Shown here piece by piece: positions 23,401-34,617 of a DNA stretch of 55,619 nt. The translations under genes and the position numbers were made by a program. The first letter of the stretch is position 1, and each line of letters begins with the position of its first letter. The notes under the pieces were generated by a model. The model was not told where the DNA came from, did not search any database, and saw nothing but the letters and a program-made list of their open reading frames with translations. Source of the stretch: Chara braunii (lineage: Eukaryota; Plantae; Charophyceae); NCBI GenBank assembly GCA_003427395.1, contig BFEA01000003.1:10406403-10462021 (forward strand). The letters are read 5' to 3'.

Positions 23401-25242
23401 TGTTATTAGAATATTCTCAAAAATTGACCGGCCCTTCACAAAGGCCCCTTGCTCCCATCCCACCAGGTGAGGAAGTTCTGCTGCCAGACACAATGCGAGG
23501 GCTTTGGCCATAATTTTATAAACAACATTTAATACAGAAATAGGACGGTAATTGCGGGCTTCTCGCTTGTCCCCCTTTTTATAAAGCAGGGAGATGAATC
23601 CTTTCACAAAATTCGTGGGGAGAGTGCCCGTACTCCAGGCTGAATTATATATTTGACACAGGAAGGGGGCAAACCCCTCCCACGTGTACATAAATAGCTC
23701 AACAGGGAGTCCGTCAAGCCCCGGGCATTTACCCATTGTCATTTGCTTGACTGCTACTGTTAATTCCTTCTCTGTGAAAGGGGCGTCTATTATATCTCTA
23801 GCAGCCTGGCTTATGCATCTTTGTGATCTATTCCAGAACGTAGAAGTGTGGGACAAATCAGTATCGCATTCATCAAAAATTATCCTGGTGGAGACAATGT
23901 CACGAAAATAAGAAAGAGCGTAGGAACAAAGTTTTGAAGGGTCTGAAGTTATAGGGCTATGCACATCGAAGGGGTGCACAAGCTCGTGTATGGCCGGTTT
24001 GGCCTGTCTCAGTATCAGCGAATGGAAGGTAAGTTTGGTCATTTTATCATATCCAATAATGCCCAGAAGTTTCAACCATTCCAACCACTCCGCCTGCTTT
24101 TGGACTTCCAAGGCTTCTAGTGCTGCCAAAGCCTTGGTCCTTTTCTCAGACCAAAAGTAATCCGAAAAAGGATCTTTGCCCATTTTAGCCTCCGCCTCTT
24201 CAATTAATCGTTTGTTACATACTTCTTTCCAATTTCGGGACGCAGCTTTCATACGTGAAAAAACGATGAGGGTCTTTCTAATAATACCCACCCCCAACTC
24301 TGCCCATGCGTCCTGAGTAATAAAGAGGTCCTTGGCTTTTTGCCATCCCTTCATTTGAGAGGTTATCCACTTCGGGATTCCCTTATCTTTTAGATTATTG
24401 ATGTTTAGGCGAAATGGAGGTCTAGAAGATTGGACCAGATCATTAGAGATTACATCGATCAGTACCGGATAGTGATCAGATAGTGAGGCTATAGCATAAT
24501 CCGCTGTTATGCAACGATCCCACAATGACCCTCTTGCTGCCACAAAGTCTAGCCGCCGTTTAGGTCGAGGGGTCTTTTTGTCCGGCTTAGGGCCATACCA
24601 AGTATATCCGTGCTCTTCCGAGTTCATATATCTATATGTGTCAGTTAAACTCTGAGAATCCAAAAAGGAGAGCAACAGCAAACTGTCCTGTCTGAGAGGG
24701 GTAGCTACCGGAGCGTCCAGGCCCGGGTTAAGGGTGGTGTTCCAGTCCCCCAATATAGCTAAATTTTCTGTATCAGGGACTACCGCAGGGAGCTTAGAAA
24801 AAAACTCAGTTCGTTCCATGTATTCTGAGGGGGCATATACTGTCATAATGCCCCACTCTTCATTATCGATCCCGAGTATTACCCACGCCCATTTCCCCCC
24901 TGGGTCTTCGTAGTGGTCGAGAATTTGACAATCCAAATCTTTATGTAGCAAAATTGTCACCCCCCCTCTTGTGCCATCAGCCGGGGCCCAAGATTGAGGG
25001 TCAGCACACCAATTGCGGGCTTCTTGAATTTTGATGTTGTTAAGTTTTGTTTCTTGCAAACACAGAATATGGACATTCTCAGAGTTGAACCATTCTAATA
25101 AGCGCGCTTTCTTAAACAGATTAGACGTATCACCAAGCCCTTTAACATTCCAGCTTGCAAGTCGTACCCTATTGGGTAGAACCATTGGGCTGGAGACTGC
25201 CGCTAGACCCTTGGATGCGGTTATCTGTTTCTGAGAGTCCAT
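20468..25242 (-). pseudogene. LINE ORF2 (APE endonuclease - RT - zinc finger), with premature stops and a gap
   Basis: LASWNVKGL, LQETK, VYAP, GDWN, RLDF, SDH (APE); CPGLDG, NYRPIS, LDMEKAYD, LRQGCPLAP, IADD (RT); CTRCQ*GWESNAHLWTCC; stops at 23053, 20918, 20636. Confidence 0.93.
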
Positions 25243-25381
25243 TGTTCACCCCACTCATAGAGCTCACCATGATCCGAAAGCTGGGCTTCGCCAAAGTGGA
25301 CCCTGCGTCAGAGATAGAAATCCAATTTGCAATTTCTTTTGCTGACAGATCCTGGGTTAAACGAATGTTCGACAGTGATTC

Positions 25382-27245
25382 TCATTTCTGCAGGAGAAAT
25401 TCCTGTAATGGGAACCACAACATTCTTTCTGTACATTGTTTGGCGAATGCCTCTGAGATTGACTGTAGGCTTAAAAAATAGATGTGCAGAAGGGTTTTTT
25501 TCCCATCTGGTTTCGTTGCAATGTGTCTTCTTCTCTGAGGCTCAGATAACAGGGTACACGATCCCTGCTCGTGGAGGACGTGAGACATTGCCATTTCAAT
25601 AGCCTGCTCATCCGACACAGCTGATGCTACTCCTATCGAAGGAATAACCAAGCATTTTTGTTCTGTTCGTTCGGTCAACACCATCAGGCCTTGTGGGGAG
25701 TCAGCGACGATCAAAGGAACTACATATTCATATATGTGTCCCTTTTCTCTGTCCGCTTTCCTCAACGTGGCCATTAGGCCAGCTTGTATCAAGGACTTTT
25801 TAGTTGACCGCCCCTGGTGTGCCCGCTTTCTGGGAACCTCCAGGTTTTGTGGGTGGTCCTCTTGAGCCGCTTGGTTTTCTTGGGTGTGGTAGTCCCCCAT
25901 GGGAAAAGCAACCCCGTTGTTCATACGGACCCTCTTGAAAAGAATTTGGCCTTCCTGAAACAAGCTTGGGACAGCGAATTCAAGATAGTTGAGTTTTTCC
26001 GAGCCACCGTGTTCGTGGATATCCTGGTGATGTCGAGACAGCTCATCTTCCCTGTCTGTCTCTACCTCATCAGAAAGAACGTCCATACAGACATCCTTAT
26101 CCTTCTCCAGAACTGGGTCTGGGGCTCGGCCAGCTTCTTCAATTGCTTTTTCCTTGACCTTTTCCTGTGTTTCTCCTCCAAAGGTAAAAGGAGAATCAGA
26201 CTGAACAGCCTTGTCTATGACTGAAACCGCTGGACTATGTTTAAAAATTCGTTGAGGAGTGAGCAAATCGAAATTAACGGGCTGTTCTTTTCCTTTTTTA
26301 ATTCTCCACTTCCCGTTTAACTTCAAACCTTTCTTCCCTTTCCCTTTACCTTTCCTCTGCTCGTCATTATCTTCCCCCTCCTTCTGCTCCTCCTCTCCTT
26401 CCTTTGGCAGTAAGGCTGTGGATCCGTTTGTACCATCTCCGTCCTTTTGTCCCTCCTTGCCCTTCTTCGAGCCGGGAGGTCTACTGCGATTCTCCTTCTC
26501 TCTTTCATCCACATCCATCGCCTTCTCCGCCTCCTTCTGAGTAGATTTCTCCATGTTGCCCTTTTGTTGATCCTTTGTACCCGGATCATTATTTCCCGTG
26601 GATTTCTCCACTGGAATTTCTCCTTTTTTGCGCTCTTTCCCACCCTTCTTTTTCTTGCCCTTCTTCCCTTTTTCCATTTTCGGTTTCCCATTTGTTTCTT
26701 CCCTTCCCTCCTTCACTCCGCCTTGCCCCTCTTTCTCCCTTTCCATCTCTTTCACTTTTCCCTGTCCCGACTTACCTTTCCTTGGGCATGAATCATCGGT
26801 GTCTTTGTGAAAATGACAACGGCAGACCGAACACCATGGGGTGGAAGCACAGGACGCCAATCTCCATTCGGCCCTGATCCCGTAGGTTCAGTATCAAACG
26901 TTTCTTATACCTAAGTTTGGCTGTAGGGACCAGGTCAAAACGAATGTCACGCAGATCAGGGGTGAGAAGGTCCTTACACGTTGGATGCTCCTTGAGAACC
27001 AGCCCAAATGAATCCTCCACTGCCCCTCTCAACGGCCCCAATGTAGAAACGGGGACTTCCAGACATCTGACCCAAAAATACCTTTGTTTCATGGCTTCGC
27101 GCCACTCAGCCAGTTGTTTTTCCGACATCCAAGGTCGGAAGGAAAGCTTGCATACTTTTTTATCTAACTCGACCCTGTCCTCTTTTTTCCTAAGCATCCA
27201 GGTCGCAATTTGCTTAGACGATGCCACGTATGTGGCTACCCTCCC
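25382..27245 (-). pseudogene. LINE ORF1 (DUF4283-like region, zinc knuckle, charged low-complexity region), frameshifted
   Basis: ORFs 26793-27227 (FRPW...FWVRCLEVP) and 25382-26860 (CSVCRCHFHKDTDDSC, K/E/G-rich) lie directly upstream of ORF2. Confidence 0.75.
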
Positions 27246-28434
27246 TGAAGCAGGCTTCTAGATATTACTGAATTCTAGCATTATCTGCCTCGGATGGAGG
27301 TGTCGAGATTAAGACAACTTCTCCGGATTGTGGAGGATGGAGGAAGATGTCATGGCGATAGCACTTGCAAGGGACCAGGTCAAAAATAAAAACCAAACAC
27401 TAAAACAAAAGCGTGTAGTTAAATACCTACTGCCCTGTCCATGCATAATATTAATAGACATATATCGGAGGCATCAATAAATATTCCTACGTTACATAAT
27501 TCCCACAGAGAAAATCAGAAATATCTTTGGGAACATCGTGAAGTATGCTTACCAACAGCAACCGCACCAAACCTCCTTCTCTGTGTAGAATAACGACGAT
27601 AAATCGGTAGTAACCTCCACAGTCGGTCGTGTCGTTGACCGAACGTCATTGAAGGTACGTTATCTCTACCACTATGCTTCCGCATAGTTCGAAAACTGCA
27701 CCGCAGCTAACACGCTGGTATACGTAGCAGGGGCGATACTGGGGTCACCAAGGTTCAGAAAAGTATACTTCTGTTTCCTCATGGCTGAGATCTTCAGCCC
27801 ATGACGTCAAGCCATACACTCCTCTCCCCTCTTCAGGCAGTCGAGATCTGCGTATGGACAACTCGGCATCGGTGGTAACTGACCTCGGGGTACCACCGCG
27901 TCTTCTCCCCCACACGCTGTCAGAGACAGCTCCTTTCCCCTCTGGACCTAGTCAAAAACCCCACCTTCATTAGAACCATGGACCTTGGAATTGACGAAAA
28001 CGACGCAGCTCCCTTTTCTCCGACGCGATGGCTTAGCCGGCCCGTGTCTTGCGACACGGACCGGTTTCCTCCCGCGGCTCTACGCCCGCCGGCGCCTCCA
28101 GTGCTAACGCACCGTCTCAAGCGCTACCTCCAGCCCCCTTCTCGCAGTGTTTCCGCGTTGCCACCTACGCTTTTGAAACTTTCGGGTATAGGTTTTTACA
28201 TGGTGAACAGATATTTTTTGAAGTAGATCTACTGCAAACTTAGGATTTTCGGAAGATCTACAGATCTGAGTCTGTCTTTAGCGTTTTCGGAAAGCAGCTC
28301 CTCGGTACACCGTCTTTTGGGCTTTTTACTAGGACTTAGACAACTTTTTGAGAAGTTAACCGAGCGGCAACTGGTTTGTTTCTTTAGTATTTAAACTCTA
28401 GGACTTACTTTCAACTTACCTCGGAGTTTTCTTC

Positions 28435-28482
28435 CCCTCCTGACGAAGCTGGATTCTGGCTCCAGCTGAAACCGGTCGAGGG
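28435..28482 (+). ncRNA. Minimal type I hammerhead ribozyme
   Basis: Stem I CCCTC/GAGGG, core CTGACGA, stem II AGCTGGA/TCCAGCT, GAAA, short palindromic stem III ACCGGT, cleavage triplet GTC (28475-28477). Confidence 0.92.
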
Positions 28483-28835
28483 ACGTCAGAAACTGCCGCC
28501 CATGCGGGCGGAAGTTCGCACACCATAGCTGGTTTTGTTGGGCTATGGTGACTACTCATGGTACTATTTCCCATTTATCGATGAGTTGATTCCGAGTTTT
28601 CCGAGTTACACATGCTTTGCTTTTGCAGAAGACTTGTATTTTCTGCGTACGAATGATTTCGGCATCGCTGTAATCCTTCCTATCGCTTATCTTCTCCAAT
28701 AGATAAAGACAGCGGCAACTGACTAGGAGACTCACCTGGTTCGGTGGCCCTGTAGCCATAGCTACAGATAGCTTGGGTTTTACTGATTAGTTTAGAATCC
28801 GATCAACGTCAATATATCTAGACAACAACAAAGAG

Positions 28836-30241
28836 ATGAACGGAGGAAACAACGGTTTTGGATTTGGAACTGGACCGCAAGGCCCTCCCCAAGGAGGAGG
28901 GGGAGGTTGGAATGGCGGACAAGGCAACCAAGGAGGATGGAATGGCAACAATGGAGGAGGATGGAATAACGGAAACGGAGGAGGAGGATGGAACAATGGG
29001 AATGGCGGAAATACGGGAGGATGGAATAACGCTAATGGAGGTAATCAGAACAATGGAGGAGGGAACTGGAGTAACAATGGGAATGGGGGAGGATGGAACA
29101 ACGGAGGAGGATGGAATAACGGAGGAGGCAGTTGGCAGCGAAGAGGACCTAAGTGCTACAATTGCGGACAAATCGGGCACATCGCACGAGAGTGTTATCT
29201 ACCACGCTAGAACAATCAAGGGCAACAACCAAGCTACCAAGGGCAGTAGGCAAACTACCAAGGGCAACAAGCGACAAACCAAGGGCCACAAAACAACGAA
29301 GCATTCCGCAGTTCGTTTGAAGTTGCGAAGCCGGCAATCCTTAGCAAGGAGGTGGAAGACTCGATTAAGAGCCTGGCAATCTTCGCACTAAAGCAAATAG
29401 AAAAGGAGGAGGAAGAAAAACAGAGGAAGGAGAAAGCAGAAGAGAAAAAGAAGAAAGCAGACGAGGAGCGGCTAAGGAGGAAGCGAACAGACTAGCACTC
29501 GAGAAGAAGAAGGCGAAGGAGTTGAAAGAGGCGAAGAGGAATTGAGAATTCGAGAAACTGTTAGCTAAACAGAAGGAAAAGTTGGAGGAAGAATTTGAAA
29601 AAAGACTAAAGAATCATCTTAAAGGAGTACTGATAACGGAGAGAGTAGTGAAGGCGAAACAAACCGCACAAGAGACTCCACCATCAGACTCAGAGGAAGA
29701 AGATGAGGAGGAGGAGATCTACGATGAAAGACTAGAAAAGCGGAAAAGACAGCCAGGCCAGACATCAGGAGGACAAGTAAGCCCAGCGGGTACACCAGCC
29801 AAGATAGGCAGATCCAATGGTACTGAGGAACCACCAGCACGACTGGCGGAGGACCATGAAGATCCAACGGGAAACCAACCTACGAGAGGAAGAGGAAGAC
29901 AGCGCAAAGAAGGAACTGGGTATGAATCCACTTTATGGAAAGGTGCTCCTGTGGACGTTTATAGTAAGACGACAGCAGCCTACAAGAAGCAGATCAGGAA
30001 GTTCCTGAACAAGAAGAGCGTTCCTACCATTCAATAAATGTGTAAGGAGGCTGGAGTTTGCTACAGAGGGCGCCCTGAGGCAGTCGATGAACTAGTCGAA
30101 CTTCAAGTCTTGAATACTTACAAGCCACCACGTACACCACGTCAGGGAGGAATTGTGATCAGAGAACAACCTGCAACCGCATCGCGTGTACCAAGAACAC
30201 CTGCAGATCGCAGCGGACACCTGGATCCGTCCGAGGATTGA
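28836..30241 (+). pseudogene. PLE ORF1: G/N/W-rich repeats, CCHC zinc knuckle, K/E coiled coil; internal stops and a frameshift
   Basis: GGWNNGNGG repeats, CYNCGQIGHIAREC; ORF pieces 28836-29210, 29582-30037, 30038-30241. Confidence 0.8.
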
Positions 30242-33085
30242 CATTTGGGAATATCTACGGTTCTACCTCAATTTGCGCCGACAGCTAGCCGGAATTAGCA
30301 TAGCCGGAATCAATATTGTTAGAAACGAAATAGAAAAAGTACTGAGATTATGTATTGTAATCCTAGTTAATAGAGGAGAGCTAAAATGGGGTGAAAAATT
30401 CCTCAATTACTGGACCTATCTCATTGAGAATCATCCGAAAAAATGGGATAATCCCTCCTCTTGTGTTTATGTACTACTAGATCCTAGCTGCCACGCGTCC
30501 TATATAGGACAAACTTCACGCTCTATATTTGAGAGATGGAACGAACACATATACCGTACTAACTATAACTAATCTACTAATAATTCAAAACTATATAACT
30601 GGCTAAGAAACTGGGGGTATAAAAATTACGTAGCTCTCCCTGTAAGTTTTGTTCCTACCCAAGACCTGCAAAGTGTCGAAAAGACCCTTATTAAAAGATG
30701 GTGTCCTAAGTTAAATTTCACTTACCATAAGAAATCATCGGGGAAGAAAAATCGAAAAGGTAGAAAGGAACGTAAAAAACCTAGATGTGAATGCGATCAG
30801 GAAGATTCTAGGCCAATTATTTTTAAAACAGGTAACTTAGAATCAGTAAATCTGATTAATATATGCTCAACAACATCAAAAGGTGATGGGTTAATACATT
30901 CGTCAGGAGGAAGGATTTGGGTACCTGAATGGAAAGTAGTAACACAAGAAATCGGACTGAGTAAACTCTCTAACGAAGGAAAACCACCCTATTAACTGAG
31001 CTAAAATACAAATTGGAAGAGGAAGGAAATTTTACTCTCCATCAATTGAAGGGTGGGACCTTATCAAAAAGAAACAGAGAACTGAAAGGAAATTTGTACA
31101 AGCTTTTAAAGAACCCTTGGGCGAAAAAGAAATTGTACAAATCTTCATTACAGGAATTACTCGAACTTTTTCTTGCAGCAGATTTTTTTTCTAATAAAAT
31201 TTCTCAAAATAATATGAAGGATATACTTGGGGGTGAACTTTGGAATAAATTTGGATTTAATACATGTAGGAAGCACTGTGTCTCGGTCATATATGACGAT
31301 GGTTTAAACAAGAGAGTTATTAGAAGGGTAATTACATATCATCTGATGAACTGTTTATCACTAACTGAAGTTGTTTTCATGTGTAAGAAGCTCAGAACTG
31401 TCTGGCGAAAAAACCGATCAGTTTCTGACCTTCTCTATAACCACCGATCTGCCGCACAGATCTCGGTGGGAATCTGCAACTGCTCAGATTCTAACTTTCC
31501 GACTACTAGGGGACACGTGACATGCAGAGTCAGTGAAATGGAACGCTTAGATTCCTTTGTTAAAAATGCTAGAAATCTTGTTTTTCCAGACTTAAAGGAT
31601 AGAAAACGAAGAGTTTTAACTGAACCAAACGATGCGTTGCTAAAAATGGGAGTAGACACCCCACTCACAAGAAATGATGTAACAAACTGTCTGAAAGAAA
31701 AATCCTGCGTAAGTAATTTCGACGAAACTTCAATGAACTACCTCAAGTCACTGGGAAAGGATTTCGTGTTAACTGCAGTTGATAGAACCCCGGCAAAATC
31801 AGTGATTATGTGTCCCCAAACCTACGCGAAAGGGATGCAGGAAATCTTATCGGGTAGTAAAAGCTTCTGTGCCGTATGGAAATCCGAAGTGAAAATCTTG
31901 AGCAAATGCAAGAACAAATATAAAGAGGAAGGCCTACTAAAGCTCGGGAAATGGGATAACGCGGGACAAATCGGTCGAGCCTACATAATTCTTAAAAACA
32001 AGGATTTATCAAAGTTCAGACCGATTAGCCCGTCTTTTTCAGAATCTTCGAGAACAGCTAGCAGTCGGACAGCACGCGCTCTGAGCCACCTCCTCTTTGT
32101 TTTGCCGAAAAGTATGCATTTGAACATGAAATCAACGGACATCCTACTGAGGAAAGTCACGGAGGTTAACAATTGGACGGAAAAGAAGAAGAATGAGTAC
32201 CTACTCTGCGCCTCATTCGATATAAAAGAAATGTTCAGTCGTCTGCCTCATGATTCTATCATAGTGGCACTAAACTGCATACTACATTACTATGAAGAAA
32301 AAGGTAAGAGTAGACTGTCCATTAGAAGAAGAGGGAAGGAAACTTCTTTCTCACCAAAGAATGGGGATGGGAATTGGTTAACTATCGAATTTAAAGATAT
32401 CCGTAAAATGATCGAATTTGAACTCAATAATACGTATATCATGGCAGCGGATCGCCTGATTAGACAAGAAACAGGTATTCCTATGGGGAAGAGTACAAAC
32501 GCTTCCCTGGCTTGTATCCTCTGCGCTTTCAATGAATACACGTTCCTGTCAAGTCTAGGCAAGGACCAGAGACTGGTAAAAGGTGCACGATTGATGGATG
32601 ATGTATCCCTTTTTGTATGGAGTGACGGAAAGAAGGATGATGAAAAGGCAATCAGTATCATCAATCGATACAAATCTGCCTATGACAGAGCTCTATCACT
32701 GGAACGAACGGACGAAGGAAAAGGAGAATGGGACTTTCTGGAAACAAAGATTAGAGTGGAAAAAGGAAGGAATATAACCACCCAGTTAGTCCAAAAGAAC
32801 TCTAAGGAAATATGGGAAGACGGTGAACTGACCTTTCGAACGATCCAGGATTTTAAATCCTCCTCAGTTATCCCTCAGAAAAAGGCCGTAATCACATGCT
32901 GTCTTCACCGTATTTACCAGATGACCTCCGACGTAAAATTGATAGGCCTTGGCCTACTAACACTAAAAAGGATGCTAAGACTACAAGACTACCCCGGTAA
33001 GTATTTTGAGAATTGCCTAAATAAATTCATTCGGAAAAGAGCTCCATCTTGGGCAGAATGGGGTAAGAAATACTGCGGATGGTAA
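30159..33085 (+). pseudogene. PLE ORF2: GIY-YIG endonuclease, CxC..H linker, reverse transcriptase
   Basis: CVYVLLD...YIGQT.R...RWNEH, then VE...KLN past the stop at 30570; CNC...GH; FRPIS, SFDIKEMFS, QETGIPMG, RLMDDV, WDFLE; 690-aa open part 31013-33085. Confidence 0.9.
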
Positions 33086-34581
33086 GTACTGGATGAATCG
33101 AATTATCTCGATAGATTATAAAAAAAAGTGGCGCTAGAATATCGACGTGTTTCGTTTTTGTCTCGAAGTAAGAGGCGTTTTTGAATTTCTAATACGGACA
33201 AAATAAAGTCTGAAAAAAAAAAAATTCGAACTCTGGAAAATGAACACGTATTTCTCTGAAACAGATTTTTTGAGAACTTGGGGATTCTCCGGAAACCTGC
33301 GAATATCTTTTCATACTTTCGTTTTTTTTCCTCAGCAGCTAAAAGACTACTGATATCGGGGATCTCCAAGTGACTCAGCTCCCTTGAGTATGAGATGCAG
33401 AGAAAGATGGGTGGCACTGGCTCACGACGCACACTCATTTCCAACACGTTTTCCTCAGAGAAACGCTTCAGCCTGTGTAGATGAAGTAAAAAGTAAAGAG
33501 CGGCGCTGTTTTTTGTTTTCTGTTTTGCTTCGTTTTGTCTTTATTCCCAAATACGGACAAAGTAAGGTCTAGATGTTTTTGAACTACCGGGCTCCGAGAT
33601 AGGGTATAGGTTTTTAAATGGTGAACACGTATTTTTTGAAGTAGATCTACTGCAAACTTAGGATTTTCGGAAGATCTACAGATCTGAGTTTGTCCTTAGC
33701 GTTTTCGGAAAGCAGCTCCTCGGTACACCGTCTTTTGGGCTTTTTACTAGGACTTAGACAACTTTTTGAGAAGTTAACCGAGCGGCAACTNNNNNNNNNN
33801 NNNNNNNNNNNNNNNNNNNNNNNNNNNNNNNNNNNNNNNNNNNNNNNNNNNNNNNNNNNNNNNNNNNNNNNNNNNNNNNNNNNNNNNNNNNNNNNNNNNN
33901 NNNNNNNNNNNNNNNNNNNNNNNNNNNNNNNNNNNNNNNNNNNNNNNNNNNNNNNNNNNNNNNNNNNNNNNNNNNNNNNNNNNNNNNNNNNNNNNNNNNN
34001 NNNNNNNNNNNNNNNNNNNNNNNNNNNNNNNNNNNNNNNNNNNNNNNNNNNNNNNNNNNNNNNNNNNNNNNNNNNNNNNNNNNNNNNNNNNNNNNNNNNN
34101 NNNNNNNNNNNNNNNNNNNNNNNNNNNNNNNNNNNNNNNNNNNNNNNNNNNNNNNNNNNNNNNNNNNNNNNNNNNNNNNNNNNNNNNNNNNNNNNNNNNN
34201 NNNNNNNNNNNNNNNNNNNNNNNNNNNNNNNNNNNNNNNNNNNNNNNNNNNNNNNNNNNNNNNNNNNNNNNNNNNNNNNNNNNNNNNNNNNNNNNNNNNN
34301 NNNNNNNNNNNNNNNNNNNNNNNNNNNNNNNNNNNNNNNNNNNNNNNNNNNNTGTGTATAATTGAGAGAGGTGTACCAAAACCCTGACCACTACGATAAT
34401 GACAGGGTGGGGGGAAGGGAGGAGGTAAAGAGGGCGGGAGAGGGGGGGGGGGGGGGGGGGAAAAAAAAAAAATTTTTTGGGGCCTTTGGGCGAGGCCAAA
34501 AACCGGGGGGAAGGGGGGGGGGGGGGGGGGGGGGGGGGGAGAAAAAAAAAAAATTTTTTTGGGGGGGGGTGGGGGGAGAGA

Positions 34582-34617
<36 letters not shown>

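Larger units (their letters stand above)
20037..28183 (-). mobile_element. Near full-length L1/Tx1-clade LINE
   Basis: Poly(T) to 20059; 14-bp TSD GGGTATAGGTTTTT (20023-20036, 28184-28197); empty site at 33602-33615; ORF1 and ORF2 present. Confidence 0.93.
19234..33790 (+). mobile_element. Penelope-like element (N-terminal GIY-YIG, Chlamys/Naiad architecture) with partial tandem pseudo-LTRs, split by a LINE
   Basis: 19234-20036 plus 28198-28372 is a direct repeat of 32813-33790 (RT C-terminus + 3'UTR); hammerhead ribozyme; GIY-YIG upstream of a PLE-type RT; 3' end lost in a gap. Confidence 0.88.

Noticed and set aside
33103-33447. Antisense ORF in the PLE 3'UTR
   Set aside because: No recognisable motif, and the upstream copy has A-run length differences and substitutions; no evidence it is coding.
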